From a virus, in the IMG/VR virus record IMGVR_UViG_3300024265_000041, positions 20,256 to 84,255 of that record: a stretch of 64,000 bases of DNA, one strand, 5' to 3'. This document shows, piece by piece, positions 1-10,600 of the stretch. Under the pieces are notes generated by a model. That model was not told the DNA's origin and made no database searches. It saw nothing but the letters and a program-made list of their open reading frames with translations. Positions within the stretch are counted from its first letter, which is position 1; each line of letters opens with the position of its first letter. The translations under genes and the position numbers were made by a program.

Positions 1-1851
1 ACTAATTTGAAAAATAAAGAAATACTTTATAGTAAAACGTTTAAAAATATTATAAACCTACAGGAAGGATTCCAGAGTCTACTTGCAGAAAGAAGTAAAG
101 GTACAGAAGATAAGCCAGCTGCCTTAGTTGATGTTGCCCAACTTGAAGATACTCAGAACAGACTAGCTGTACTTTACGATTTTAAGGACTACCAGGATTA
201 CCTTGATTTTCTGGAGTCTGGAGCTGCTTTGGAAAAAGAAATTGGAGATCAGAGAGTAGCTAATGCAAGAGTGGTTGCAGCTAGGTTAAACGCCATACAA
301 TTATCTCAGTTGGGAATCAGTTTAGGGGAATTGAAAGATAGAGGTGACAAGGAATTAGAACTGATCGAACAAAATCAGGATCGATTGCAAGCTAAACTTA
401 AGGCTGGTTATGATGCTAGACTTTTGAGTCTGTCAGATTACATAAACTCTGAAGGTAAACTTATAACTCAATCTGGACAAGAAGAAATAAATGTCCTGAC
501 CATAAGGCTGTTAGAGCTTAACAGAGTTAGACAAGCACATAATGAAGAAGCCAAGAAGTTTGAGTCTACTGGTAATATTGAGGCGTGGAAACAAGAAGCT
601 GAAGCGGTGAAAGCTTTAGATGAAAAAATAAGGGAATTGACAAAAACAATAGACGGAAACAAACTAGCTACTCAAAACCAATTGGGAGCAATTAATCAGT
701 TGATAGACACTATGGAAAGTAAAGCTATAAAAGCTGCCACTTCAGCCATAGTAGCTCAGGATGCTCAAATTAATAGAAATAAATTTTTGGCTGAAGGGTT
801 TTTATCAGTTGCTGAAGCTAACGTTAATTATACCATTGCTCAACTTAATGGATTGAAGGCTACTAGAGGGCTGACTAAGGAGCAAGACGCACAATTAATT
901 AGACTGACAGAGTTAGAAAAAAAGTTAAGGGATAATGCTATTGGAATAAATGGGTTAGCAGTAACCTGGGACGCGGCGGCTAACACTATGGCTGGTAAAG
1001 CTGTACAGTCAGCCAAATCCATGCAGGGAGCATTTGTTGAGTTCTTCTTAGATCCAACTAAAGATGGGTTTGACGGATTACTAGATGCATTCTCTAACAT
1101 GATACTCAAAATGAGTGCTGAAAGAGCTGTTCAAGGTCTATTTAATGAGGGAGGGTTGGGGGACTTTTTTACTGAAACATTTGGAAAAATATCTGGGGAA
1201 GGCTCTACCGGTGGGACTGAGGAGTCAGTAAGTACTGCCGCCTTGACTACAGCAGTTGGGGTAAATACCACAGCACTTGGCGTTCAGACAGCTGCAGAAG
1301 GGGTAAGCAGTGCAGCACAAGGAGTAACTAGCACTGCCCTCGGATTGACATCTACAGCACTAGGGTTACAGACAACTGCTAATGGACTAAATACTACTGC
1401 CCTTGGGATATTAACTACAACTGGTCTCGGACCAAACACTTTGTCGTTAGGATTGTTGACATCATCGAATGGGATATTGGGTGGGTTTATTAGTGCTAAC
1501 ACTGTAGCGCTTATAGCTAATACTTCTGCTTTAGCAACTTCTGGTATAGGAGGGTTTTTTGCTGACGGGGGAAATGTTAAAGGTAATGTCCCAATTATTG
1601 TTGGTGAGAAAGGCCCAGAAGTTTTTGTACCAAGTGGGTCTGGAACTATAGTGCCTAACAGAGATATAAGTAAAAGCTCTAATGCTAGTTCTGCTGGAAA
1701 TGTAACCTTCGAAAATACTGTACAAATTATTGGAGATAACTCAAATAAAGAAGAGATCAGAATAATGGTTAAGCAGGGAATGGACGAATTAGAATCTAAG
1801 ATTATTAGGCAACAACAACGAACTCAGAGAACATTAGGAGTCAGGAGGTAA
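1..1851 (+). CDS. Tail tape measure protein, C-terminal part (5' end outside window)
   Basis: Frame open from base 1; coiled-coil, Ala/Thr/Gly heptads (TTALGxx); C-terminal FADGG..V.G..PIIVGEKGPEVFVP...G.IVPN motif typical of tape measure ends; tail-tip genes follow. Confidence 0.9.
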   Translation, partial: TNLKNKEILYSKTFKNIINLQEGFQSLLAERSKGTEDKPAALVDVAQLEDTQNRLAVLYDFKDYQDYLDFLESGAALEKEIGDQRVANARVVAARLNAIQLSQLGISLGELKDRGDKELELIEQNQDRLQAKLKAGYDARLLSLSDYINSEGKLITQSGQEEINVLTIRLLELNRVRQAHNEEAKKFESTGNIEAWKQEAEAVKALDEKIRELTKTIDGNKLATQNQLGAINQLIDTMESKAIKAATSAIVAQDAQINRNKFLAEGFLSVAEANVNYTIAQLNGLKATRGLTKEQDAQLIRLTELEKKLRDNAIGINGLAVTWDAAANTMAGKAVQSAKSMQGAFVEFFLDPTKDGFDGLLDAFSNMILKMSAERAVQGLFNEGGLGDFFTETFGKISGEGSTGGTEESVSTAALTTAVGVNTTALGVQTAAEGVSSAAQGVTSTALGLTSTALGLQTTANGLNTTALGILTTTGLGPNTLSLGLLTSSNGILGGFISANTVALIANTSALATSGIGGFFADGGNVKGNVPIIVGEKGPEVFVPSGSGTIVPNRDISKSSNASSAGNVTFENTVQIIGDNSNKEEIRIMVKQGMDELESKIIRQQQRTQRTLGVRR

Positions 1852-1854
1852 ATC

Positions 1855-2826
1855 ATGGTAGCAAAAGTAATCCCATTCCCAATAGCTTTAGCTCCGGTCT
1901 CTATGACTGAGAGATTACATGGTAATACAAATGTGTTCTTTTCTGAGCTTAATAAAATACCAACTACTACCGAAAACCCAGGCGCTAGATGGGGCTTTGA
2001 TTTAGATTATTCAGAGATTGACGGATACAGTCTTAGGGGCCAGAATGTCGGCGCTGCCATTTCTAGATTAAGAGGGCAGGCTGTAAGGATGCACTGTCAC
2101 TCACTAGCAAGACCTAACACTACAGGATCTCTTGACACCGCTAATAAAGTTGGGAATGGGGACTTTTCCCTAGGTGGTAGCGGGTGGAGCAAATCTGAAG
2201 GGGCAGGCAGTAAAGTGGGTCTAGAAGGAGGCAGAGCAAGACTTGATAAAGGGACCGGTGAGGCTTCAGTTAGTAGGACTATTTCTGTTACTTCTGGTGA
2301 GACTTATTCTATGGGGGTCTCAGTATACGAGGGGAGCGGGGATTCTGTTACCATGACTGTAGGGTCTAGTAATGACACCTTCACTGGAGGGGGAAGACAC
2401 GCCAGCACTTTTACTGCTAGTGGTTCTTCTATCACTGTTACTGTGGCTAATAATACAAATAATACGGTCTTATCAGTTGGAGATATTATTGTTGCAAGAG
2501 CTGCCACTGTCAGCGGTGCTCAGACAGGGTCAACTATTTTGATTACAGGGTTAGGGTCAAGCTCTGATAACGCAATTAACCCTATGGATTGGATTAGTAT
2601 TAACGGGGAGTTAAAACGCGTGGTAGAGCCCTGCATGAGTAACTCAGGAAGCGGAAGAGTTACTTTTGAGCCACCACTTAGGGCCTCAGCTCCTAATGGC
2701 TCTGCGGTGGTTTTGCATAGCCCATTTGCTAAATTTATTTTAAATGGGGAGTCTAGTCCTATGTCAACATCTGCCCCATATTTTACAAGTTACACTCTAA
2801 GTTTGTTAGAGGATACTTCCCTATGA
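1855..2826 (+). CDS. Distal tail protein (Dit) with inserted carbohydrate-binding-like module
   Basis: Directly after tape measure; PGARW and VTFEPPLRAS..NG motifs; central NGDFS....GWS...SRTISVTSGETY segment resembles a CBM jelly roll. Confidence 0.7.
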   Translation: MVAKVIPFPIALAPVSMTERLHGNTNVFFSELNKIPTTTENPGARWGFDLDYSEIDGYSLRGQNVGAAISRLRGQAVRMHCHSLARPNTTGSLDTANKVGNGDFSLGGSGWSKSEGAGSKVGLEGGRARLDKGTGEASVSRTISVTSGETYSMGVSVYEGSGDSVTMTVGSSNDTFTGGGRHASTFTASGSSITVTVANNTNNTVLSVGDIIVARAATVSGAQTGSTILITGLGSSSDNAINPMDWISINGELKRVVEPCMSNSGSGRVTFEPPLRASAPNGSAVVLHSPFAKFILNGESSPMSTSAPYFTSYTLSLLEDTSL

Positions 2827-3461
2827 GCAGAGGATTATCTGGGGCTTTATTAACTCATTTTTCAGCAGATCATATCATTTCTATTGTGCTAATAGAGTTG
2901 AGTTTTGATAGTGGAACTCAAAGATATCACACAGGGATAGGAGATATTACCTATAGGACTTTTACCTACGTCGGTATTGGCACGCTAGGACAAATAGAAC
3001 CAATACTTGAAGACCAGGGTATAAAAATGAAAGGAGTAAGAGTAGCTCTCCAGGGGGTTGATACAACCGTAATAGATTTAACTAGTAATGAAGATATTCA
3101 AGGTAGGGCAGCTAGAATTGATGTGGCAGCTTATGACTATGAAACTGCAACTATTATTGACGGGTTTGAAATTTTTTCAGGGACTATGGATACCTCTGAA
3201 ATTACTAGAGGTGAAAATGCTTCTTTGGTTTTAACTTTAGAGTCTATAATGTCTCAATTCGATCTTCCAAACGTAAGAAGATTTACCGATGAAGATCACA
3301 AGACAAGACATCCTAATGACGAATTTTTTTCCTTATTAGTTACTATAAATGAGCAACAAATTGTTTGGGGGGCACAACAAGATGATACTAGTGGGGTCCC
3401 AGGGGGAGGGGGAGGTAGAGGGGGAAGATCAGATCAGCATAATCAAAGAGAGTTTAGATAA
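2823..3461 (+). CDS. Tail tip / baseplate hub protein (lambda gpL- or DUF2163-like)
   Basis: Synteny; TYVGIG.LG.I, IFSG.MD, RRFTDEDHK.RHP.D.FF..WG pattern. Confidence 0.75.
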   Translation: MSRGLSGALLTHFSADHIISIVLIELSFDSGTQRYHTGIGDITYRTFTYVGIGTLGQIEPILEDQGIKMKGVRVALQGVDTTVIDLTSNEDIQGRAARIDVAAYDYETATIIDGFEIFSGTMDTSEITRGENASLVLTLESIMSQFDLPNVRRFTDEDHKTRHPNDEFFSLLVTINEQQIVWGAQQDDTSGVPGGGGGRGGRSDQHNQREFR

Positions 3462-3479
3462 CATAATTAGGAGATTACT

Positions 3480-3866
3480 TTGCAAAGACAAACTTCATTA
3501 TTACTTTACATTACTGCACACCAACATACCAAATTTGAGTGGGGAGTGAATGATTGTTGTACTTTTTCCTGTAACTGGTTTAAGGAAATCACCGGTAAAA
3601 ATTTACTCCCACTAGTAGGGGGTGATTACAACGACGAAAAAGGAGCTATGCTATTATTAGAAAAATTTGGTAGGGATAATGCATCTGCTTTATTTGGGGA
3701 GGAAATTCACCCAAGTTTAGCCACCCCCGGAGATATAGTTGAGGCAGATATGGAATACGGTGAAACTTTAGGGATTTGCTTAGGATTAGATTCAGCATTT
3801 ATAGGGATTAAAGAACTTATAACAGTAAGAACTCTAGAATGTAAACGAGCCTGGAGGGTTAACTAA
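3480..3866 (+). CDS. NlpC/P60-like tail assembly protein (DUF6950-like)
   Basis: FEWGVNDCCTF motif, A.PGDIV, LGICLG; sits between hub and tip protein. Confidence 0.75.
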   Translation: MQRQTSLLLYITAHQHTKFEWGVNDCCTFSCNWFKEITGKNLLPLVGGDYNDEKGAMLLLEKFGRDNASALFGEEIHPSLATPGDIVEADMEYGETLGICLGLDSAFIGIKELITVRTLECKRAWRVN

Positions 3867-6800
3867 TGCCACCAGCAGTAGCAGCTGTAGCAACAATAGT
3901 TGCAGGGTTCGTTATCAAAAATATAGTCATCTATGTGGTGGTTGTTCTTTTGATAAACATGGCTGCTGCTAGCTATGCCAGACATCATCAACCTACCTTT
4001 TCTGACCCTGCTGATAATCGTAGGTTAGTTTCTAGAAGTAGTGTATCTCCAACCATTATTCTGTACGGAGAGAGGAGACTCGGAGGCACTATGGTTTATT
4101 GGGCAACCGGAGGGGGCGCAAAGCCTAATGCCCCTCCTAAATCTCTGTGTATGGTCCTTTGTTTAACTCAACATGAAATTAATAGTATTGGTGATGTTTA
4201 TCTTGGGGATACTTTGTCAACAGATCCTTCTATCCCTGTAGCTGATACTTTTGAGAAATTTACAGGAGCTAGTGGGCAGACTGTAAGCACTACGGTTCAG
4301 CAGTATAATGTAAGTGGAGAACCATGGACTACTAGTTTTACTGGGGACAGTGTTGCTTATTTGGTCATTGTTCTTGATAGCTATGAGGACTGGGATAGGA
4401 TCCCAGATGTTTCTACTGTATGCCAGGGGTCTAAAATTTATGACCCAAGAAAAGATAGCACTAATGGAGGGTCTGGATCTCATCGTTACACTGACCCCTC
4501 TACATGGGAGTACTCAAATAACCCAGCTTTGATTGCCAGAGATTATCTCACTAGGGATGAAGGATTTGGGGAAGACCATATTAAAATTGATGACGCCTTT
4601 ACTATCGCGTCTGCAAACACATGTGATATTTGGGAAGCTGTACCTGAAGATGAAGATGGTACAGACATATCTTTTGATTCTGCTAGTAGTGAGATTAGGG
4701 ACGTTGGGGCTACCCTTCCTGTCTACTCAGTTGGGACTCCAATTTTGATTTCAGGGTCTTCTAGCAATAATGGAAACCATACAGTCTTAACTAGTACTTC
4801 TGCTGTCTTAACAACAACAGGATCCCCGGCAATAGTTACAGAAGCTGCTGGAAGTTTGGTTGTAGTTTCTGAACGACAACCAAGGTACTCGTGTGATCTT
4901 GCCCTCTCACTAACTCAGTCCAGAAAGGAAAATCTTCTTCAAATCTTGGAGACTATGTATGGAGAAGTAGTTTATGTAGGAGGGGAATGGAAGATCATGG
5001 CAGGGGAGTTTACCACTCCTACTTTTACTATAATAGAAGACGACATTGTAGGATCCTTTGCAATCGGTAGTAGCACTTCTGCATCAAATTTGTATAACTC
5101 TGTATCTGGAACTTACTATGATTCTAAAAGATTTTACCAACAAGTGAGTTTTAAGCAAAGAGACAATGCTGGGTATGTTTCAAGAGACGGAGGTAGGGAA
5201 GTTACCAGGGAAATTAGATTGATTGGTGTCACCGATGAGTACCAAGCACAACGACTAGCAACATTTGAACTAAATCAATCAGAGCATCAAACCTTAGTTA
5301 CATTTATTGGTAAACCAAGACTGTTGGATCTGCATGTCAACATGATGGTTAAGTTAACTCTAGATAACCCGGCGTGGACTGATAAACCTTTCAGAGTCTT
5401 ATCATGGGAATTGCAAAAAGATTTAACTGTAAGTATAACTCTAAGAGATGAAAACTCTGGGGCATGGGATTCTGGGTTAGGTATTTATAATCAAGTTCAA
5501 TCTCATCTACAATATAACCCTTACATCCCAAGACTTGTAGACGTCCCTACTAATTTTAGATTTTTTACTGGGGGGAATATAAGCAAAGAGACAGCATTCA
5601 AATTATCTACTGATGCTATTAGAGGTGGGTATGGTGCCTATGCGTTATTAAGATGGGAGGATTCCCCAGACGATCAATTAGCTGGATATAGGATCAAATG
5701 GAGAGAGACTTCTTCTTCTGCTGGACTTAGTGATGCTATAGCGGAAATGGTACCAATTGTCTCTTTTGCTGGTAATGAAAATGACAGTAATCCAGATGCA
5801 ATTAATGACTCTATCAGAGAAATGGTTGGGGTGTACGGAACCAATACAGATACTTCTGGGATGAGCGGAGCAACGCTGAACCCTTTTGAAAGTGGGATTA
5901 AATCTATTAACGTGGCGGGTGACTCTGATAGGGTATTAGACATAACAACCCCTGTGGACGAATACCCTACTGATGAGTTTTCTATGGTGACTTTGTTTAG
6001 CGTAGCCACGGCTACAGCAGACACAACTATTGTAGGACAATGGGGCAGTACAGACGCTAAGAAAGGATTCAGATTTGGTACAATGGAGGGCTCTACTAAT
6101 ATTGGGGTCACGGTTTATGATAGTACAGGGACTAAGCGGGAGATCGATTCTGGGGCTGTTTACGATGGAGATGTTGCCCACATAGCAGTGATATCAAAAC
6201 GAGATGATAAATTAATTTTAGAAATCGACGGAGCCCCAGTTGGTGAGTACAATTTTACTGGTGGTGACACTATGAATTGGGACCAGACTGAAGACCTCAA
6301 GATTGGAGGAGGATCGGTAGGTGCAGTTCATAATGGACGGTGGAGTAACGCTTTAGTTACGAATCGACACATGGATGAGTACGAAAGGGAGAACGCTTAT
6401 AATCTTTGGGCTACTGGAGATGTAGCTATTGGGAAGGCAAACACTTGGAATCGAGATTCGGTAGGTGAAACTGAACGATCATGGACAAGAAGATTAACAG
6501 AAGGGAGAACTTACGATTTTGAATTAGAAGCCTTCAACAAAAAAGGGTTATACAGTTCCCCAATTGCTTTGATAGGTAAAACTGTACTAGGAGCCACAAC
6601 CCCTCCTAAAGAATCTATTTTTTTATCAGCAATAGTAACTCCAATAGGAAACTTAATGACCCTGAATATTTCTAGTGTAGTTGCCAGAGATTTAGCTTAT
6701 GTAGAATGGGCGTACAGCACAGTAAATGATAGAGATGATTCAGTTATTCAGTACAGCTCTGTCCTAACTGAAATACCATCTGGGGCCCGAGGGTTCCCTA

Positions 6801-7576
6801 ATTACAAAAAAGTTTCACAACTCATAGGGAAAGTTGTTCAGCAATATCTTGTGTTTACCGGGGTTAATTATGTTTGGGCTAGAATTATTAATTCTTCAGA
6901 CCAAACAGGAGATTGGAATACTGGGCCAACAGCTGGGTTAGAAGTAGTAGGAGGGGAACCTGCCTCTGGTATTGTTAACTTAATCCCAACTAATAGAAGG
7001 GCTCAAATTAGTGTTTCTGATGGGCACGTTTTCCACCAAACAAACGCATCTAACTCTAAGTTAATTCTGGCAGACCATGATATTGCAGAAAACGATTATA
7101 TGTCATGTAGTGTGTGGGTTGATCGAGAAACTGCAACCGAGTGTACTCTGACTGTTGAATTTTTTGACAGTATAGATGATCTGATTGTGACAGACCCACT
7201 GTTTGAATTTAACCATACACCAGTACCGGTAGTTCTTACCAGAACAGTCCTTGAAGGCATCCTTGTTCCTGTAGGGGCAGTAACGATGCAAATGAGATTA
7301 GAAACTGTAGGAGGAACTGTATTGACAGCTAACCCTGTCCTTAATGAAGGACTAACCGTATTAAGATTTATTAGCCCGTGGGGGGATAGATTTTTAGACC
7401 CAGATGATGATGGAGTTTATTTAGATGTTGGTGATTACCAAAACCTATTAGATGGACAAGTTGAAGCCCCTGTAGAGGACAGCCCAACAGTAACCACAGC
7501 TTCGGGGGGTCCTTTTAAAGACCCAGAGTTAGATGAAGGTGGGTGGTACGACCGAAAATTCAGTGACCCTCTGTAA
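3866..7576 (+). CDS. Tail tip attachment / host specificity protein J-like (Fn3, LamG-like and CBM-like modules)
   Basis: P.IILYGERRLGG, KIYDPR...W.YS.NPAL..RDYL, QAQRLA motifs; Fn3-like LRWEDS..GYRIKWRE...TYDFELEAFN; LamG-like HIAV...LEIDG. Confidence 0.85.
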   Translation: MPPAVAAVATIVAGFVIKNIVIYVVVVLLINMAAASYARHHQPTFSDPADNRRLVSRSSVSPTIILYGERRLGGTMVYWATGGGAKPNAPPKSLCMVLCLTQHEINSIGDVYLGDTLSTDPSIPVADTFEKFTGASGQTVSTTVQQYNVSGEPWTTSFTGDSVAYLVIVLDSYEDWDRIPDVSTVCQGSKIYDPRKDSTNGGSGSHRYTDPSTWEYSNNPALIARDYLTRDEGFGEDHIKIDDAFTIASANTCDIWEAVPEDEDGTDISFDSASSEIRDVGATLPVYSVGTPILISGSSSNNGNHTVLTSTSAVLTTTGSPAIVTEAAGSLVVVSERQPRYSCDLALSLTQSRKENLLQILETMYGEVVYVGGEWKIMAGEFTTPTFTIIEDDIVGSFAIGSSTSASNLYNSVSGTYYDSKRFYQQVSFKQRDNAGYVSRDGGREVTREIRLIGVTDEYQAQRLATFELNQSEHQTLVTFIGKPRLLDLHVNMMVKLTLDNPAWTDKPFRVLSWELQKDLTVSITLRDENSGAWDSGLGIYNQVQSHLQYNPYIPRLVDVPTNFRFFTGGNISKETAFKLSTDAIRGGYGAYALLRWEDSPDDQLAGYRIKWRETSSSAGLSDAIAEMVPIVSFAGNENDSNPDAINDSIREMVGVYGTNTDTSGMSGATLNPFESGIKSINVAGDSDRVLDITTPVDEYPTDEFSMVTLFSVATATADTTIVGQWGSTDAKKGFRFGTMEGSTNIGVTVYDSTGTKREIDSGAVYDGDVAHIAVISKRDDKLILEIDGAPVGEYNFTGGDTMNWDQTEDLKIGGGSVGAVHNGRWSNALVTNRHMDEYERENAYNLWATGDVAIGKANTWNRDSVGETERSWTRRLTEGRTYDFELEAFNKKGLYSSPIALIGKTVLGATTPPKESIFLSAIVTPIGNLMTLNISSVVARDLAYVEWAYSTVNDRDDSVIQYSSVLTEIPSGARGFPNYKKVSQLIGKVVQQYLVFTGVNYVWARIINSSDQTGDWNTGPTAGLEVVGGEPASGIVNLIPTNRRAQISVSDGHVFHQTNASNSKLILADHDIAENDYMSCSVWVDRETATECTLTVEFFDSIDDLIVTDPLFEFNHTPVPVVLTRTVLEGILVPVGAVTMQMRLETVGGTVLTANPVLNEGLTVLRFISPWGDRFLDPDDDGVYLDVGDYQNLLDGQVEAPVEDSPTVTTASGGPFKDPELDEGGWYDRKFSDPL

Positions 7577-7631
7577 TTAAATTTGTTACCATCTGAAAAT
7601 TAATTTAGATTAAAAATTTTAGTAGAGAGAA

Positions 7632-10600
7632 ATGGCAAACAATAGACTTCTAACAGACCTAAACCTTGAACCAGGGAACGTAGTTTCTTCTGGCCTGGAG
7701 TTGCAAACTAAAGATTGCACTGCTGCAGGGTTTCAGCTTAAATTAGTATTCTTCGACTCAGGTGAAACTGTCATATCTTCTTTCCTTGGTAATGTGGTTG
7801 ACCCTCATGACAGTACCTCTGATAACCTATGGCAGAGGTCAGTTAAAAACAATGTTGGAATTCCTAATAATGCAGTCTATTTAAACATAGGATTTGTTTA
7901 CACTTCTTTGAGTGTTGCTAATGAAACAGTTGGGTCTCGAAAACCTACACTGAATAGAGGGGTTAAAGTAGCCCCATTCACTAGACCTTCAAATACTGCT
8001 GGCAGCGGGGGGTCTGGTAGTACACCACGGTTTACTGATCATACTGGATTAAGAAATCACGTAATCGGGGAGGCACGGTTAGTCTTTGTAAAAGGTCTAC
8101 CAGCTTATGAGTGGGATTCCACTTCCACAGAAAGCGATAATGGGTGGACAGTTATTAAGCCAGCAACTTTTCTCACCACAGATCCAGGCAGATGGAAAAT
8201 TACCAGACCAAATACTTTCGAGTATGATTCATCTTGGGATGAAAATTGGGTTGATGATTATGTAATAGATGGTGGTGATACTGAAGGCCCAATAGACCAC
8301 TCTAATAACACTGGCACAGACATGTCTGCTGTTATTCAAGCTCAGATTGATTACCTTTCAGATTTAGTTAAGCAGGACCCTTTCTGGGTTGAAAATACTG
8401 ATATCTCGTTTACAGCTCCTGACAAAATAAATTCTGCAGGTAGCGAGTTTGGTTCATTTTCTGTTGGAAACACTATTGGTACATTCGGATCTGTTGCTAA
8501 TAATTTTAGCGCTACTATAACAGCGGTAACTGCAGCCCAAATTACTGTAGACACAACATTTCCAGGGAGGCCATTAACTACAGAATCAGCTGGGCCTGAG
8601 GTTAGAATTACACGTCTTTTAGCTGATGAAACAACTGGAAGGAGACAATTTGTTCGTCTAGTAATTCCTCATCAAGCAAAAATAGCTAATACAGTTTATG
8701 TTAAGTCTGGGGTCCAAATTCATACCTCTGAAGTTTTATATAGTCATGTGGAAGACGCCGGGGAACAAAATGATACTTACGCCTGGGCTTTTGTTTTCAT
8801 GTCTGGTTCTCATATTGATCAGTTTAAGTTATGGGGTAGAGGTAACTCAGGAATTCTATTAGGAACTGAAAGAATTTTAAATGATATGAAGATCGGTAAT
8901 ATTAGATTATTTAATATTGGTGAAACTTATGTTAGTGAGACTCAATCACATATTGGCGTTAGGTTTCAAGGGTTCAATTTCGAGTACAACCACATTCAGG
9001 TTGACGGAGGTAACCTAGGGTTTGATTATAAAGCAGTTTCTGATGTTCGTGCCGTAGCAGCATTGAGCGTAACTGCCTCAACTGCTTTCCGTATAACCGA
9101 TGGATGCGAACAATTAGACTTGGGGGCTCAAGTTGCTGATAGTCCAAATTTTCTTGGGGTTCAAATTGATAGTTCTGGTAATCTTAAAGGTAATTTCAGA
9201 ATGTTTTTCAACGAGGATTCGTTCCCAAGTGAGGGTTGCTTTGAATCTGGATATGCGGCTAAGGTTGGGATATTCTCTACGGCTGACCCTGTGGCCAACT
9301 GTGATTTAACTTTCCAAATTGCTAATACTCATGCAAGAATTGGAACCGATCCAGAATACGGAGGTAACAGTGTTGGGGTATTATTTGGTGCTATTGAAGA
9401 TAGTTCTACTGTCATCATAATGGCGAATGAATCTTTGCATACTACCCAAACTTTACATACAGAATACGCGGCTGAAGCTGACCCTACTTTTACTATATCA
9501 TCACCTAACTTACAGGTGACTAATGATATTAGAATCCATGGGTCAGGATCTGTATACGGAGGAACGTCAGGAGGTGCCGGTACAGGCGATCTTGATGATA
9601 TGTGGTTGGGCATCCGTCCTCCTGGGGTTGGGTACCTTCGAGAAACCGAAGGGCAAACTACTTACCAGGGTGTCGATATAGGAGGGGGCGGAATAGGCGG
9701 AGGCGGAGGGTTCTCTAATGTTACTTACATTCTAGATAACACAAATTCAATTGGGTGGTATCGAGTAGCTCAGGCCCCAACAAATTTTGGGGAAGGAAGC
9801 TTTGAGATCAGTGTATCCTATAAGACTGACGCAATTCCTCCAGGTGCTACTCCCGTACTGCAAAACGCATGGTCAGGGGTTGGTGACGACGACACGTTCC
9901 AAGTTACTGCAGTTTATAACTACCCGGCAAGTGCCGATGTTGCTAGATGCTATGCCATCCCAGCTGATTTTGCAACCCTCACTGCAGCTGCTTCTAAAAA
10001 CGACACAACATTATCACTTACTTCTGTTACCGGGCTAGCAGTAGATGACTATATGACGGTGACAGAGAAGGGGGAATCAAGTTCTCATAAAGTGACGGCT
10101 ATAGACACGTTAGATGTCGATATAATTCCAGGAATAAATTTTGATGCAACAACCTCTGCCGGAGTGTTTGAAGAAGCTGCAATAGGGTCACATGTTGCTG
10201 AGGCAACAGTGGTTCGAGGAGACAGTAACAGGAGAAACAAATTTTCATTCAGCGGCCTAACAGCTAAGACTCGTTATTACTACAAAATTTTCCAAGAGGG
10301 AGTGGGGGAAGATGCTGCAGTTTTCACTGGATTTTCTAAAACTATGGAAATTGCTAACACTGCTAGAAGTTTCACTTTCTTTGGCGGTTCATGTGCTGCA
10401 TGGTCGAACTCAAATACGTTTATTTCTATGGCGAAAACTCTTGATGCCTTATCTGATGTTGATTTTTTTATCCACACAGGAGACTTAGCTTATCTTGATA
10501 CTTGGTCAAGTATTGATACAGCTCGTGAAAATTACGACGTAGCTATAGGGGATGATAGACAACGACTTATTTGGAAGACTTACCCTGCTGCTTACATGTT

